Shown here in pieces: positions 1 through 8,576 of a stretch of DNA of 64,000 nucleotides (positions within the stretch are counted from its first letter, which is position 1; each line of letters begins with the position of its first letter). Location of the stretch: assembly GCA_949283975.1 (NCBI GenBank), contig CASDUK010000001.1:218764-282763 (forward strand), written 5' to 3'. Below the pieces are notes generated by a model. The model ran no database searches and was not told where the DNA came from. It was given only the letters and a program-made list of their open reading frames with translations. This DNA is from an uncultured Bacillota bacterium (GTDB lineage Bacteria; Bacillota; Clostridia; Christensenellales; UBA1242). The position numbers and the translations under genes are program-made.

Positions 1-886
1 CATAGTTTTTAACTATTTTAATTTTGTGAAGAAATTTTAAAATTCCAGAAACAAGTTTGTTTCCAATTGTTTTGTTAATTGAAACCAGTGCAACAACTAA
101 AATTAAAAATGAATTCAAAGCAAAGCCAACCCAGCTTGTTGCCGTTACAACTGTTCCACCAATTGTGTTAAGTTGAGAAAGAGAAATGCTTAAAATCATT
201 ATAATGAAAGTAAAAATAACATACGCCAGCTGTTGGGTAACATATTTTCCCATGCAAACGGAAAGCGCATTACGCCCAGAAAGCCCTCGTTTTGACATGT
301 AGTAAATTTGAAAGGGCTCGCCGCCAGCTGAAAGAGGAGTTAAAGAATCATAATATTTCCCAAGCGCAGCAACTTTATATGAAAGCGCAGGGCGATGGGT
401 TTTTGTTGTTGAGAAAATTAAGTTCCAAAATCTAAACGACTCTGAAAACATTAAAAGAGCATAGAGAACAATTAGCAAAAAGAAAATTCCCCAATTTATG
501 TTACAAAAAAGCGTTCCTATTGACGAGATGTCAACATCTTCACTTGAAAATTGATAGGCCAAAATTCCGGCAACAACGCCAATATTGATAAAAAGGAACA
601 AAATGTTAAGCCATTTTTTCTTTTTTGTTCCAAGCTTTTTAACTTTTTCTTCGGCTTCTTCAAGCTGTTCTTGTTCGTTTTGAGGGGAAAATTCTTCAAC
701 TTGTTCTTTTTGGGGAGGTTGTTGATTGGAAATTTCAAGCGGGGCGCTAGCGTCCTTTTCACTAATTTCTTCTGATTCAAGCGAAAGCTGCTCAAACTTT
801 TCGCTTTTATTAAACGAAAAATTTTCGGAACTTAATTGTTCCGGCGTTTTTTCAAAATCTCCACGCTTTTTTCGCCCTAACTTCAT
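1..886 (-). CDS. Membrane protein of the lysylphosphatidylglycerol-synthase-TM / UPF0104 (flippase-like) family. The 3' end runs off the window.
   Basis: This gene is absent from the ORF track because it has no stop codon inside the window. My own minus-strand translation from the ATG at 886-884 stays open to position 1: MKLGRKKRGDFEKTPEQLSSENF...EEAEEKVKKLGTKKKKWLNILFLFINIGVVAGILAYQF...GKYYDSLTPLSAGGEPFQIYYMSKRGLSGRNALSV... It has an acidic/Lys-rich N-terminus, several hydrophobic spans, and a GGEPFQ-type motif. The listed ORFs 517..795(-), 551..775(+) and 726..1049(+) are out-of-frame artefacts. Confidence 0.6.
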   Translation of the reverse strand, partial: MKLGRKKRGDFEKTPEQLSSENFSFNKSEKFEQLSLESEEISEKDASAPLEISNQQPPQKEQVEEFSPQNEQEQLEEAEEKVKKLGTKKKKWLNILFLFINIGVVAGILAYQFSSEDVDISSIGTLFCNINWGIFFLLIVLYALLMFSESFRFWNLIFSTTKTHRPALSYKVAALGKYYDSLTPLSAGGEPFQIYYMSKRGLSGRNALSVCMGKYVTQQLAYVIFTFIIMILSISLSQLNTIGGTVVTATSWVGFALNSFLILVVALVSINKTIGNKLVSGILKFLHKIKIVKNY

Positions 887-973
887 TTACATAATATTCT
901 ATCAAAAAAAAAGTTTTTGTCAAATATATATTTATTATTTTTATAATTTAGTATACATTGACCTTGTGTGCTT

Positions 974-2434
974 TTATTTTCTGAATTTTTTAAGAGAATA
1001 TGCAAGTTCGTTTATGTCGCCAGCGCCCAAAATTAAAACGCAACCATAATTTTTTGCCTCGTCCAAAATTTTCTCTCTTGCTTGATCAAAAGTTTCAAAA
1101 TATGAAATTTTTGTTAATTTTGAATTTAATATTTTATGTGCATTTTGACTAAATTTTAATTTATTAATATTTTGTTTAATATAACTATAATTTATATTTT
1201 TATAAATATGGTTATTTTTAACATAACTTTTATTTTCATTTTTAAAAATTAAAATTTTATTTTTAGACATAATTTTTTCAAACAAGTCGCTAGCCGTTGC
1301 ACCTTTAATTTCCTCTTCACGAGCAGGATATGTTTTTAGAAGAATAAGGTTGTTTGTTTGATTAAAACAAGTTGCAAACTGAGAAAACAGTTTTTTTGTT
1401 CTTGAAAATGTGTGAGGCTGAAAAACTGTTAAAATTTTGCCATATCTCTTTGCCTGCTCGATCACTTTTTCAATTTCTGTTGGGTGGTGGGCATAGTCGT
1501 GAATAACAACCGAGCCAGAGATTTTTGTTATTCTTTCAAAGCGGCGCTTAACGCCTTTAAAATTTTTAATTGCGCGCTTTATGGTTTGAATTCGAATTTT
1601 ATAAAAATTTGCAACAATTGCCGCAACTAGCGCATTTTTTGCGTTGTGTTCGCCTTGGAAATTGGTTTGAATTCTTCCAATTAGGTTTTCATTTTCGTAA
1701 AAATCAAAGAAAAATCCAAAATCATTTTTTTTAACATTTTTTGCATAATAATATTTTTGGAATTTTTGAGATTTTAAGCAATATTCAAATTCGTTTATTT
1801 TAAACAATTTTACTTTTGAATTTTCTAAAAATTTGTTGAAACTTTGCTTAATTTGCGAAAGATTTTTAAAAAAATCGAGGTGGTCTGGCTCAATGTTTAA
1901 AACAACGCCAAGCGAGGGTGAAAGTGTTAGAAAACTGTTTTTGTATTCGCAAGCTTCTGTTATAAAAAACTTTCTGTTTCCAATTAGAAAATTGCTGCAA
2001 CAACTTTTCAAAACGCCGCCAATGTGAACCGTTGGGTGTAAATTTGCTTCTCTCATTATCTCTGAGATTAAAGCCGTTGTTGTTGTTTTTCCGTGGGTTC
2101 CGCTAATTGCAACAACATTTTTAAAACCTTTGCATATATGTGCCAGCGCTTCTGCGCGAGAAATTAACTTTTTTTTCTTTTTAATTGCCCAGGCAAGTTC
2201 CGGGTTGTCTTTATTTATTGCTGAGTTGTAAACAACAAGATTTGGGTTAAATTCCTTTATGTTTTTTTCAAAGTGCCCAATGTTATATTTAATTCCAAAT
2301 TGGCAAAGAGAGTTGAGGTTTTCACAGGCCTGAATGTCGCTTCCCTCAACCAAATTTCCCTTAACGGCAAAAAAAACGGCAAGGCTGCTCATGCTAATTC
2401 CGCCAATTCCAATAAAATAAACTCGCTTAGACAT
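974..2434 (-). CDS. murC: UDP-N-acetylmuramate--L-alanine ligase
   Basis: The N-terminus FIGIGGISMSSLA and the P-loop GTHGKTTTT fit the Mur ligase family, as do DYAHHP and the C-terminal LGAGDI. An N/K/Y-rich insertion lies near the C-terminus. Confidence 0.9.
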   Translation of the reverse strand: MSKRVYFIGIGGISMSSLAVFFAVKGNLVEGSDIQACENLNSLCQFGIKYNIGHFEKNIKEFNPNLVVYNSAINKDNPELAWAIKKKKKLISRAEALAHICKGFKNVVAISGTHGKTTTTALISEIMREANLHPTVHIGGVLKSCCSNFLIGNRKFFITEACEYKNSFLTLSPSLGVVLNIEPDHLDFFKNLSQIKQSFNKFLENSKVKLFKINEFEYCLKSQKFQKYYYAKNVKKNDFGFFFDFYENENLIGRIQTNFQGEHNAKNALVAAIVANFYKIRIQTIKRAIKNFKGVKRRFERITKISGSVVIHDYAHHPTEIEKVIEQAKRYGKILTVFQPHTFSRTKKLFSQFATCFNQTNNLILLKTYPAREEEIKGATASDLFEKIMSKNKILIFKNENKSYVKNNHIYKNINYSYIKQNINKLKFSQNAHKILNSKLTKISYFETFDQAREKILDEAKNYGCVLILGAGDINELAYSLKKFRK

Positions 2435-2548
2435 ATTAAATATTATGAAATCATGCTTAAAATTGTTTTGAAAAATTGCTGTTAAATGGTATTATATGAC
2501 TGACTTAAAAGCCGGCTAGGTTAAAAATTAAGTTAAATTAAAAAAAGG

Positions 2549-2836
2549 ATGGATGAAAAATTGAAAATCACAGACGTTAGAGTTAGACTTGTTGAAAAAG
2601 ATGGAAGCAAGCTTAAAGCAGTTGCTTCGATGACAATTGATGAGTGCTTTGTTGTTCACGACATCAAAATTATTGAAGGTAAAGATGGCTATTTTATTTC
2701 TATGCCAAGCAGAAAAACGCCAGATGGAGAATATCGCGATATTGTTCACCCTATCAACACAGAAACACGCGAACAAGTTATTAGTGAAATTTTAAAAGCT
2801 TTCGAAAAAGCTGAGGCTTCGTCGTCAGAAGAATAA
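2549..2836 (+). CDS. spoVG: Septation/sporulation regulator SpoVG
   Basis: [65 protein letters not shown] is the typical SpoVG sequence. Confidence 0.9.
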   Translation: MDEKLKITDVRVRLVEKDGSKLKAVASMTIDECFVVHDIKIIEGKDGYFISMPSRKTPDGEYRDIVHPINTETREQVISEILKAFEKAEASSSEE

Positions 2837-2916
2837 TTCTATAAAGATAAAAAAGATTTTTTGGGAGAAAATAATTATAATTTCGCCCAGTTTATCTTTC
2901 GCTGAAAAGGAGAAAA

Positions 2917-3642
2917 ATGGAAAAGGCTCAAACTAATGCAAGAAGGTTTATTTCGGCCTACAACGCAATTGATTATGCAATTAGAGTTCAACACAACTTT
3001 AAAAGAAGCATGAGTTTTTCCGAGGCTGTTAGAAAGGCTGTTCCACTAAATTATTTGGTTAGAAAATATGAAGACGATTTGGTTGATTTTGGCCGCCTAA
3101 GAAATGCAATTATCCACAGCAGCAATGATGAATATGTAATTGCAGAGCCCCATGACGATGTTGTTGAAAAAATTGAACATATAGCAGGCCTTATAACAAC
3201 GCCGCCAAAGGCAATTGACGCAATTGTTGACAGAAATGTTCTTTGTGTCCAAAATAATGTTATGCTTAAAGATGTGATTCGCCTAATTGCAACGTCCAAT
3301 TACAGCAACATTCCTGTTTTTAAAGATGGGGGGCTAATTGGCGTTGCAAACGGCCAAAGGATTTTAGACGCAATTGGAAGGCAAATTGAAAAAAACAACA
3401 GTGTTGAAAATTATATAAACAACAACACAATCGAGCAGGTTATTTCAGAACCAACCACATATAAAAGTTATGACATTGTTTCAAGAAATGCAACAATTGA
3501 AGAGGTTCTAAACCTCTTTAACAGAAACAGAAAACTGCTTTCAGTTCTCATAACTAAGGGAGGAACAATAAACGAAACTCCAATTGGAATTATAACAACA
3601 GCAGATGTAATTTATCTAAATGATATCTTAGATAATTATTGA
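2917..3642 (+). CDS. Two-domain protein with an N-terminal HEPN-like helical domain (RNAIIH motif) and a C-terminal CBS pair
   Basis: The N-terminal ~95 aa contain GRLRNAIIH, which fits R-N-x-x-x-H. The C-terminal half has the CBS-like segments VMLKDVIRLIATSNYSNIPVFKDGGLIGV and IEEVLNLFNRNRKLLSVLITKGG...IGIITTADV. Confidence 0.6.
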   Translation: MEKAQTNARRFISAYNAIDYAIRVQHNFKRSMSFSEAVRKAVPLNYLVRKYEDDLVDFGRLRNAIIHSSNDEYVIAEPHDDVVEKIEHIAGLITTPPKAIDAIVDRNVLCVQNNVMLKDVIRLIATSNYSNIPVFKDGGLIGVANGQRILDAIGRQIEKNNSVENYINNNTIEQVISEPTTYKSYDIVSRNATIEEVLNLFNRNRKLLSVLITKGGTINETPIGIITTADVIYLNDILDNY

Positions 3643-3671
3643 GATTTTGTTTTGAAGAAACAAGTTTTGTT

Positions 3672-3699
3672 AAAAGCCATTAAAAAAATGGCTTTTTTT
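3672..3699 (+). terminator. Intrinsic terminator after the HEPN-CBS gene
   Basis: AAGCCAT-loop-ATGGCTT hairpin followed by a T-run. Confidence 0.6.
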
Positions 3700-3719
3700 A
3701 GTGGGGGGGGCGAGGGCAA

Positions 3720-3747
3720 TAAAAAAATCTGCCAATTTGCAGATTTC
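3720..3747 (-). terminator. Intrinsic terminator after rplS
   Basis: AAATCTGC-CAATTT-GCAGATTT hairpin, with an A-run on the plus strand that reads as a T-run on the minus strand. Confidence 0.6.
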
Positions 3748-4095
3748 TTATTCTTTTGCAGCTTTTGTTTTTGCCTTTTTTCCGGTTAATGCGCGAAGAT
3801 AGTAAAGCTTTGCTCTTCTTGCCCTTCCGCGGCGGGTTACTTCAACATGGTCGATAAGCGGGCTGTGGTATGGGAAGGTTCTTTCAACTCCAACACCATA
3901 GGAAATTCTTCTAACTGTAAAAGTTTCGCGAACAGAACCATTTCGCTTTGCAATTACAACACCTTCATAGGCTTGAAGACGCTCCTTATCTCCCTCCTTA
4001 ATCTTAACGAAAACTTTAACAGTGTCGCCAATGTTAAAAGGAGCAATTTCATTTTTCCTGAGATTTTCGCTTTCAATTGTGTCGATAATATTCAT
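3748..4095 (-). CDS. rplS: 50S ribosomal protein L19
   Basis: [67 protein letters not shown] matches L19. I moved the start to the internal ATG (MNIIDTIE), which is preceded by AAGGAGGAAAAGCTA. The listed 4128 start is probably too long. Confidence 0.9.
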   Translation of the reverse strand: MNIIDTIESENLRKNEIAPFNIGDTVKVFVKIKEGDKERLQAYEGVVIAKRNGSVRETFTVRRISYGVGVERTFPYHSPLIDHVEVTRRGRARRAKLYYLRALTGKKAKTKAAKE

Positions 4096-4311
4096 TAGCT
4101 TTTCCTCCTTACTAAACATAGCGTTCATGATAAAAAATCAGCGGACCGCTCGAAGCCATGATAATTTATACCATAAATTTATTTTAATTACAAGTGTTTT
4201 TTAACATTTTTTAAAAAATTTAGTTGGGGCGTTTTTTTGTTGTTTTTTTGTAAATTCATTTTGAAAGAAAGGTTAACATGGGATATAATTAAAAAAACGA
4301 AAGAGGAAAAA

Positions 4312-5847
4312 ATGTTATCAAAAGTTTTAAGTTTTGGGCTTTGCGGAATTGATGGATTTTTAGTTACAAGTGAAATTGACATTTCTGCCGGCCTTCCAAG
4401 TTTTGAAATTGTTGGCCTTGGAGACACGGCAATTAAGGAAAGCAAAGAAAGGGTTAAGCTTGCAATAAAAAACTCTGGGTTTGACTATCCAATTAACAGA
4501 ATAACCGTTAACCTTGCCCCTGCGGACACCAAAAAAGAAGGCCCGCTTTTTGACCTTTCAATTGCGGTTGGAATTTTGGGTGCAACAAATCAAATTCCAG
4601 TTGAATCAATTGGAAAAACAATTTTTATTGGCGAGCTTTCGCTTGACGGAGGGGTTAGAAGAGTTAACGGCGTTTTGCCAATTTTAATTGCAGCAAGAAA
4701 AGAGGGCTTTAAAAAATTTGTAATTCCATTTGAAAACAGAAAGGAAGCCAGTTTTATTGAAGGAATTGAGGTTTATCCTGTTAAGAAACTTTCCGAAGTT
4801 TCAAAATTTTTAAAAAATGAAATTGAAATTAAACCTGTTGAAGTAACCAACTATCAAACTTTCTCTCGCGAACATCAAACTGGGCTTGATTTCAAGTTTG
4901 TAAAAGGTCAAAAGAATGCAAAAAGGGCAATGGAAATTGCCGCGGCCGGAGGCCACAACATTTTAATGATTGGTCCACCGGGAAGCGGAAAGACAATGCT
5001 TGCAAAATGCTTTCCAACAATTCTTCCAGATTTAACATTTGAAGAGGCGCTTGAAGTAACAAAAATCCATAGTGTTGCTGGAACATTGGACGCGCGCGAA
5101 GGAATTGTTTGCCGCCGCCCATTTAGAAGCCCACACCACACGGCAACGCTAATAAGTTTAACTGGCGGCGGAAGGCATGCAAAGCCGGGAGAAATTAGCC
5201 TTGCCCACAACGGCGTTTTGTTCTTGGACGAAATGCCAGAATATAACAGAAGTGCAATTGAAGCCCTTCGCCAGCCGCTTGAAGACGGCGTTATAACCGT
5301 TGCAAGAGCGGAGTTAACCGTTACATATCCCGCAAATTTCACTTTAATTGCAAGCATGAACCCTTGCCCATGCGGCCACTATGGCTCTAAAGATGCAGAG
5401 TGTAAGTGCACCCAAAGCCAAATTCACAAATACCTTGGAAAACTTTCCGGCCCGCTAATGGACAGAATAGACCTGCATATTGAGGTTGACAATGTAACCT
5501 ATGAAGAATTGACAGACAGGGTTGACAACGAAGAGCCTTCTGTTGAAATTAAAAAACGCGTTGATGCAGCGCGCGAAATTCAGCTTGAAAGGTTTAAGGG
5601 CGAGGATTGTTTTTCAAACGCAAGCATGTCTGTTAAACAATGCAAAGAATTTTGCAAATTAGATGATCAAAGCGAAGAGCTTTTAAAGGCGGCTTTTTCC
5701 GCGCTTAAACTTTCTGCGCGCGCCCACAACCGAATTTTGCGCGTTGCAAGAACAATTGCAGATTTAGACGGAAGCAAAGATATTAAAGTTGAGCATATTG
5801 CAGAGGCAATTCAATATCGTTCGCTAGATAAAAAATATTGGGTATAA
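4312..5847 (+). CDS. comM: YifB/ComM-family Mg-chelatase-like AAA+ ATPase
   Basis: MLSKVLSFGLCGIDGFLVTSEIDIS, a Lon-like N-domain, the Walker A motif GPPGSGKT, VLFLDE, and the C-terminal RILRVARTIADLDG all fit this family. I moved the start to M26 of the listed ORF. Confidence 0.85.
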   Translation: MLSKVLSFGLCGIDGFLVTSEIDISAGLPSFEIVGLGDTAIKESKERVKLAIKNSGFDYPINRITVNLAPADTKKEGPLFDLSIAVGILGATNQIPVESIGKTIFIGELSLDGGVRRVNGVLPILIAARKEGFKKFVIPFENRKEASFIEGIEVYPVKKLSEVSKFLKNEIEIKPVEVTNYQTFSREHQTGLDFKFVKGQKNAKRAMEIAAAGGHNILMIGPPGSGKTMLAKCFPTILPDLTFEEALEVTKIHSVAGTLDAREGIVCRRPFRSPHHTATLISLTGGGRHAKPGEISLAHNGVLFLDEMPEYNRSAIEALRQPLEDGVITVARAELTVTYPANFTLIASMNPCPCGHYGSKDAECKCTQSQIHKYLGKLSGPLMDRIDLHIEVDNVTYEELTDRVDNEEPSVEIKKRVDAAREIQLERFKGEDCFSNASMSVKQCKEFCKLDDQSEELLKAAFSALKLSARAHNRILRVARTIADLDGSKDIKVEHIAEAIQYRSLDKKYWV

Positions 5848-5858
5848 CCCAATTTTTT
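5838..5858. terminator. Short bidirectional hairpin at the convergent comM/sigG 3' ends
   Basis: TTGGGT-ATA-ACCCAA is flanked by A/T runs and overlaps both stop codons. Confidence 0.4.
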
Positions 5859-6630
5859 ATGTTATTTTTTTTCGAATATTTTCAAGGGCGTTTTTTTCAA
5901 GGCGGCTAACTTGCGCTTGGGAAATTCCAATTTCATTACTAACTTCCATTTGTGTTTTTCCAATGTAATATCTAAGCATAATAATTTCCTTTTCTCTTTG
6001 CGAAAGGTTTGAAAGCGCTTCTTTTAAAGCAAATTGTTCAATTAAGGAATCCACATCGTTTTTTGTGTCTGCAATTTGATCCATAACCCTAACATTTTCG
6101 CCCTTATTTGAATAGGCTGGGTCGGAGAGGGAAACCGTGTCGGAAATTGCATCTAAAGCCAAGGCAATTGTTTTAACCTCTTCGTTCATGTCCTGGGCAA
6201 TTTCGTCCAGGGTTGGTTCGCAGTTTTGAGAAGATGTTAATTTTTCTCGGCTTTGAAGAGCGCGATAGGCTATGTCTCTTAAACTTCTTGTAACTCTAAC
6301 CGGTGTGTTGTCTCTTAAATATCTTCTAATTTCACCAATGATCATAGGAACGGCATAAGTTGAAAACTTAACATTTAAGTCCATGTTAAAATTTTCCATT
6401 GCTTTAATTAGCCCAACGCAGCCAACTTGGAACATGTCGTCTGCCTTTGATTTGTTTGAGCCAAAGCGCTGAACAACGCTTAGAACAAGCCTTAGGTTTG
6501 CAATAATAAATTCATCTCTTGCAAATTCATCTCCTTCCTTAACTTTTTTTAAAAGTTCCATAAGTTCAGAATTTTTAAGTTTTGGAAGTTTGGCCGTGTT
6601 AACGCCTGTTACCGAAACTATATTTGCCAT
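5857..6630 (-). CDS. sigG: Sporulation sigma factor, SigG-like (forespore)
   Basis: VTGVNTAKLPKLKNSELMELL...NLRLVLSVVQRFGSNKSKADDMFQVGCVGLIKAMENFNMDLNVKFSTYAVPMIIGEIRRYLRDNTPVRVTRSLRDIAY closely follows the SigG/SigF pattern, and the N-terminal region is SigG-type. I moved the start to MANIV. Confidence 0.75.
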   Translation of the reverse strand: MANIVSVTGVNTAKLPKLKNSELMELLKKVKEGDEFARDEFIIANLRLVLSVVQRFGSNKSKADDMFQVGCVGLIKAMENFNMDLNVKFSTYAVPMIIGEIRRYLRDNTPVRVTRSLRDIAYRALQSREKLTSSQNCEPTLDEIAQDMNEEVKTIALALDAISDTVSLSDPAYSNKGENVRVMDQIADTKNDVDSLIEQFALKEALSNLSQREKEIIMLRYYIGKTQMEVSNEIGISQAQVSRLEKNALENIRKKIT

Positions 6631-6698
6631 CTTTACCCCTTGAAACAAAAGTCTTCAAGGTATTTTTTCCTTTAAAATTTTTTTTATTCTGTTGCAAG

Positions 6699-6729
6699 AA
6701 AAAAAGAGGGCAAAGCCCTCTTAAAAAAA
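6699..6729 (-). terminator. Intrinsic terminator
   Basis: GAGGGC-AAA-GCCCTC hairpin flanked by A- and T-runs, downstream of the 6740..7297 gene. Confidence 0.7.
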
Positions 6730-6739
6730 CAACGGGGAA

Positions 6740-7297
6740 TTAATAATCGCTTCTAAGTTCAATTATAACAACGTTTTCGCGCTTTGTTCCAACTTTGCTG
6801 CTGAAAATTGCAAATTCAACAACTATGTCATAAAGATTAAATCTGTTGATATAGTCAATTAATTTTTCAAAGCCGGGAACATCCCAAAGCCTGTCGTCAA
6901 AAAGTTCGCAGTTTAACATTATTTGAGGATTGTCATAAATGTTTCTGTGGTTGGCGGAGGAGTCCTTGCTTGCGCTAAGCGAAACCATGTTGTCTTTAAC
7001 ATATATGTCGCCAAGTAAAATTCGGCCGGAAATTGTTCGAAAGGAAACGGAAACACAAAATTTATTCGCCTTAATTGTTGAAACATATTCCAAACACTCT
7101 TCAAGGCCGCTAACAAATTTATATTTACCCATTGGAGAAAAAATGTCCCGAACAACATATTCTTTTGCTGGGTTTTTTTTAAAAAAATTTTCAATTCCTT
7201 CTGGGTCTGTTCTGTCTAAAACAGATTGAGGCATTGAATTTAAACCCATTTGTTTAATTAAATTTATGCTGTGTTCTTTGTTTTTAACTTTAATCAT
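6740..7297 (-). CDS. Hypothetical protein with weak resemblance to a minimal ATP-grasp-like fold
   Basis: The ORF is clean and has no recognised motif. The layout MGLNSMPQSV...EYVVRDIFSPMGKYKFVSGLEE...VVEFAIF...VVIIELRS loosely resembles ATP-grasp strands. I set the start at MIKVKNK because the listed MCYTII extension reads through the extended -10 box TGTGTTATACT. Confidence 0.55.
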   Translation of the reverse strand: MIKVKNKEHSINLIKQMGLNSMPQSVLDRTDPEGIENFFKKNPAKEYVVRDIFSPMGKYKFVSGLEECLEYVSTIKANKFCVSVSFRTISGRILLGDIYVKDNMVSLSASKDSSANHRNIYDNPQIMLNCELFDDRLWDVPGFEKLIDYINRFNLYDIVVEFAIFSSKVGTKRENVVIIELRSDY

Positions 7298-7391
7298 AAT
7301 AATAGTATAACACAATTTTTATTTTTAAAAAATTAATTTTGCATCTTTACAAATTTAAAATTTTATGTTAGATTTTACCTGGGAGATTTTT

Positions 7392-8117
7392 ATGAGAAGA
7401 GTTTTTATAACGGGGGATATACACGGCGATTTGACAAGCCTTTTTGAAAGAGTTAAAAATTTAAATTTAAAAAAGGAAGATGTTTTAATTTTGCTTGGAG
7501 ATAACGGGCTTGAATATTACTCTTACTATACCAAGCCAAATCTATCTGCTTGGGACGAGCGCGTTCAAAAAAGGCTTAAAGAAGAAATTCCTTCAACAGT
7601 TATTTGTGTTCAAGGAAATCATGAAGTTCCTTTTAAGGAAATGCACGGAAATGATTCAAGAATTTTTAGCGCGAGCGCAAAGGAAAGCAACGGAATTTAC
7701 TTTGTTCATAGCGGCCAAGTTTTATATATTGACGGAAAATCTTTCCTTGTTCTTGGCGGGGCATATTCAATTGACAAAGAATATCGCCAAAGAAAGAACC
7801 TCCCATATTGGGAAGGAGAGGAGCTTTCAAACAATGAAATGAAAGAAATCTTTTCAAAAATCAGAGGAAAGAAATTTGATTATGTTTTAAGCCACACTTC
7901 TCCGCGTTCTGAAATGCCAAAAGAGGCTCTTTTTGATTTAGATGAAGAACCAGAAGCCAGAACAGAAAACTTTTTGGAGATTGTTAAAAATAACATTGAA
8001 TTTGACAGATGGTTTTGCGGACATTTCCACATTAACAAAACCCAAGGCAAATTTAACTTTCTTTTAGACGGCGTTGAAACGCTTGAATTTTCTAAAGATC
8101 AAGATTTTGCAGTTTAA
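7392..8117 (+). CDS. Calcineurin-like metallophosphoesterase
   Basis: The motifs GDIHGD, GDNG, GNHE and GHFH appear in the canonical order. I moved the start to MRRVFITGDIHGD. Confidence 0.8.
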   Translation: MRRVFITGDIHGDLTSLFERVKNLNLKKEDVLILLGDNGLEYYSYYTKPNLSAWDERVQKRLKEEIPSTVICVQGNHEVPFKEMHGNDSRIFSASAKESNGIYFVHSGQVLYIDGKSFLVLGGAYSIDKEYRQRKNLPYWEGEELSNNEMKEIFSKIRGKKFDYVLSHTSPRSEMPKEALFDLDEEPEARTENFLEIVKNNIEFDRWFCGHFHINKTQGKFNFLLDGVETLEFSKDQDFAV

Positions 8118-8150
8118 CTAATTATTAAAATTCTTGTATATAAAAGAAAA

Positions 8151-8177
8151 AACTTAGCGGGGGAGCTAAGTTTTTTC
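8151..8177 (+). terminator. Intrinsic terminator
   Basis: AACTTAGC-GGGGGA-GCTAAGTT hairpin followed by T6. Confidence 0.7.
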
Positions 8178-8179
8178 AT

Positions 8180-8254
8180 TGGTGATCCCGACGGGATTCG
8201 AACCCATGATACCGCCGTGAAAGGGCGGTGTCTTAACCACTTGACCACGGGACC
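8180..8254 (-). tRNA. tRNA-Glu (anticodon UUC)
   Basis: The reverse complement GGTCCCGTGGTCAAGTGGTTAAGACACCGCCCTTTCACGGCGGTATCATGGGTTCGAATCCCGTCGGGATCACCA folds as a cloverleaf. The anticodon loop is CTTTCAC and the CCA end is encoded. Confidence 0.9.
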
Positions 8255-8258
8255 ATAT

Positions 8259-8335
8259 TGGTAGCGACGGAAAGATTTGAACCTTCGACCTTTCGGGTAT
8301 GAACCGAACGCTCTAGCCAACTGAGCTACGTCGCC
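8259..8335 (-). tRNA. tRNA-Met (anticodon CAU, elongator type). An Ile2/lysidine identity is not excluded.
   Basis: The reverse complement is GGCGACGTAGCTCAGTTGGCTAGAGCGTTCGGTTCATACCCGAAAGGTCGAAGGTTCAAATCTTTCCGTCGCTACCA. Confidence 0.85.
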
Positions 8336-8362
8336 AAACGGCTTTTCTTTTGCCTTTAAATT

Positions 8363-8439
<77 letters not shown>

Positions 8440-8453
8440 ACAAGGCTTTTTAT

Positions 8454-8482
8454 ATAATAATATAATTAAACTGCTTTGTCAA
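8454..8482 (-). promoter_or_regulatory. SigA-type promoter of the tRNA-fMet/Met/Glu operon
   Basis: On the minus strand, TTGACA-17 nt-TATTAT ends about 14 nt upstream of the first tRNA. Confidence 0.55.
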
Positions 8483-8576
8483 CCATTTTTCCAAAAAAAA
8501 TTTAAAATGAAAAACGCTTGAAATTTCTTTGTTTTTGTTATAAACTAAATTTAGAAAGTTTTTATAGTGGTGGAGT

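Noticed and set aside
517-1049. Listed ORFs 517..795 (-), 551..775 (+) and 726..1049 (+).
   Set aside because: A longer minus-strand frame runs uninterrupted from 886 to the window edge and encodes a plausible membrane protein. The listed ORFs are Lys/Phe-rich frame artefacts of the same AT-rich sequence.
3701-3715. A G8 tract (GTGGGGGGGGCGAGGGC) as a possible phase-variation switch.
   Set aside because: It lies between two convergent terminators, not in a promoter or coding region, so length changes would have no obvious effect.
4237-4311. Upstream extensions of several listed ORFs (4237, 7365, 28141, 32317, 35642, 36042, 38114, 39483, 44969, 46228, 54221, 59457, 59522).
   Set aside because: In each case an internal start codon preceded by a GGAG-type RBS matches the conserved N-terminus of the family or removes an overlap with the neighbouring gene.
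8114-8320. Listed 68-aa ORF on the minus strand.
   Set aside because: It lies entirely over tRNA-Glu and tRNA-Met.
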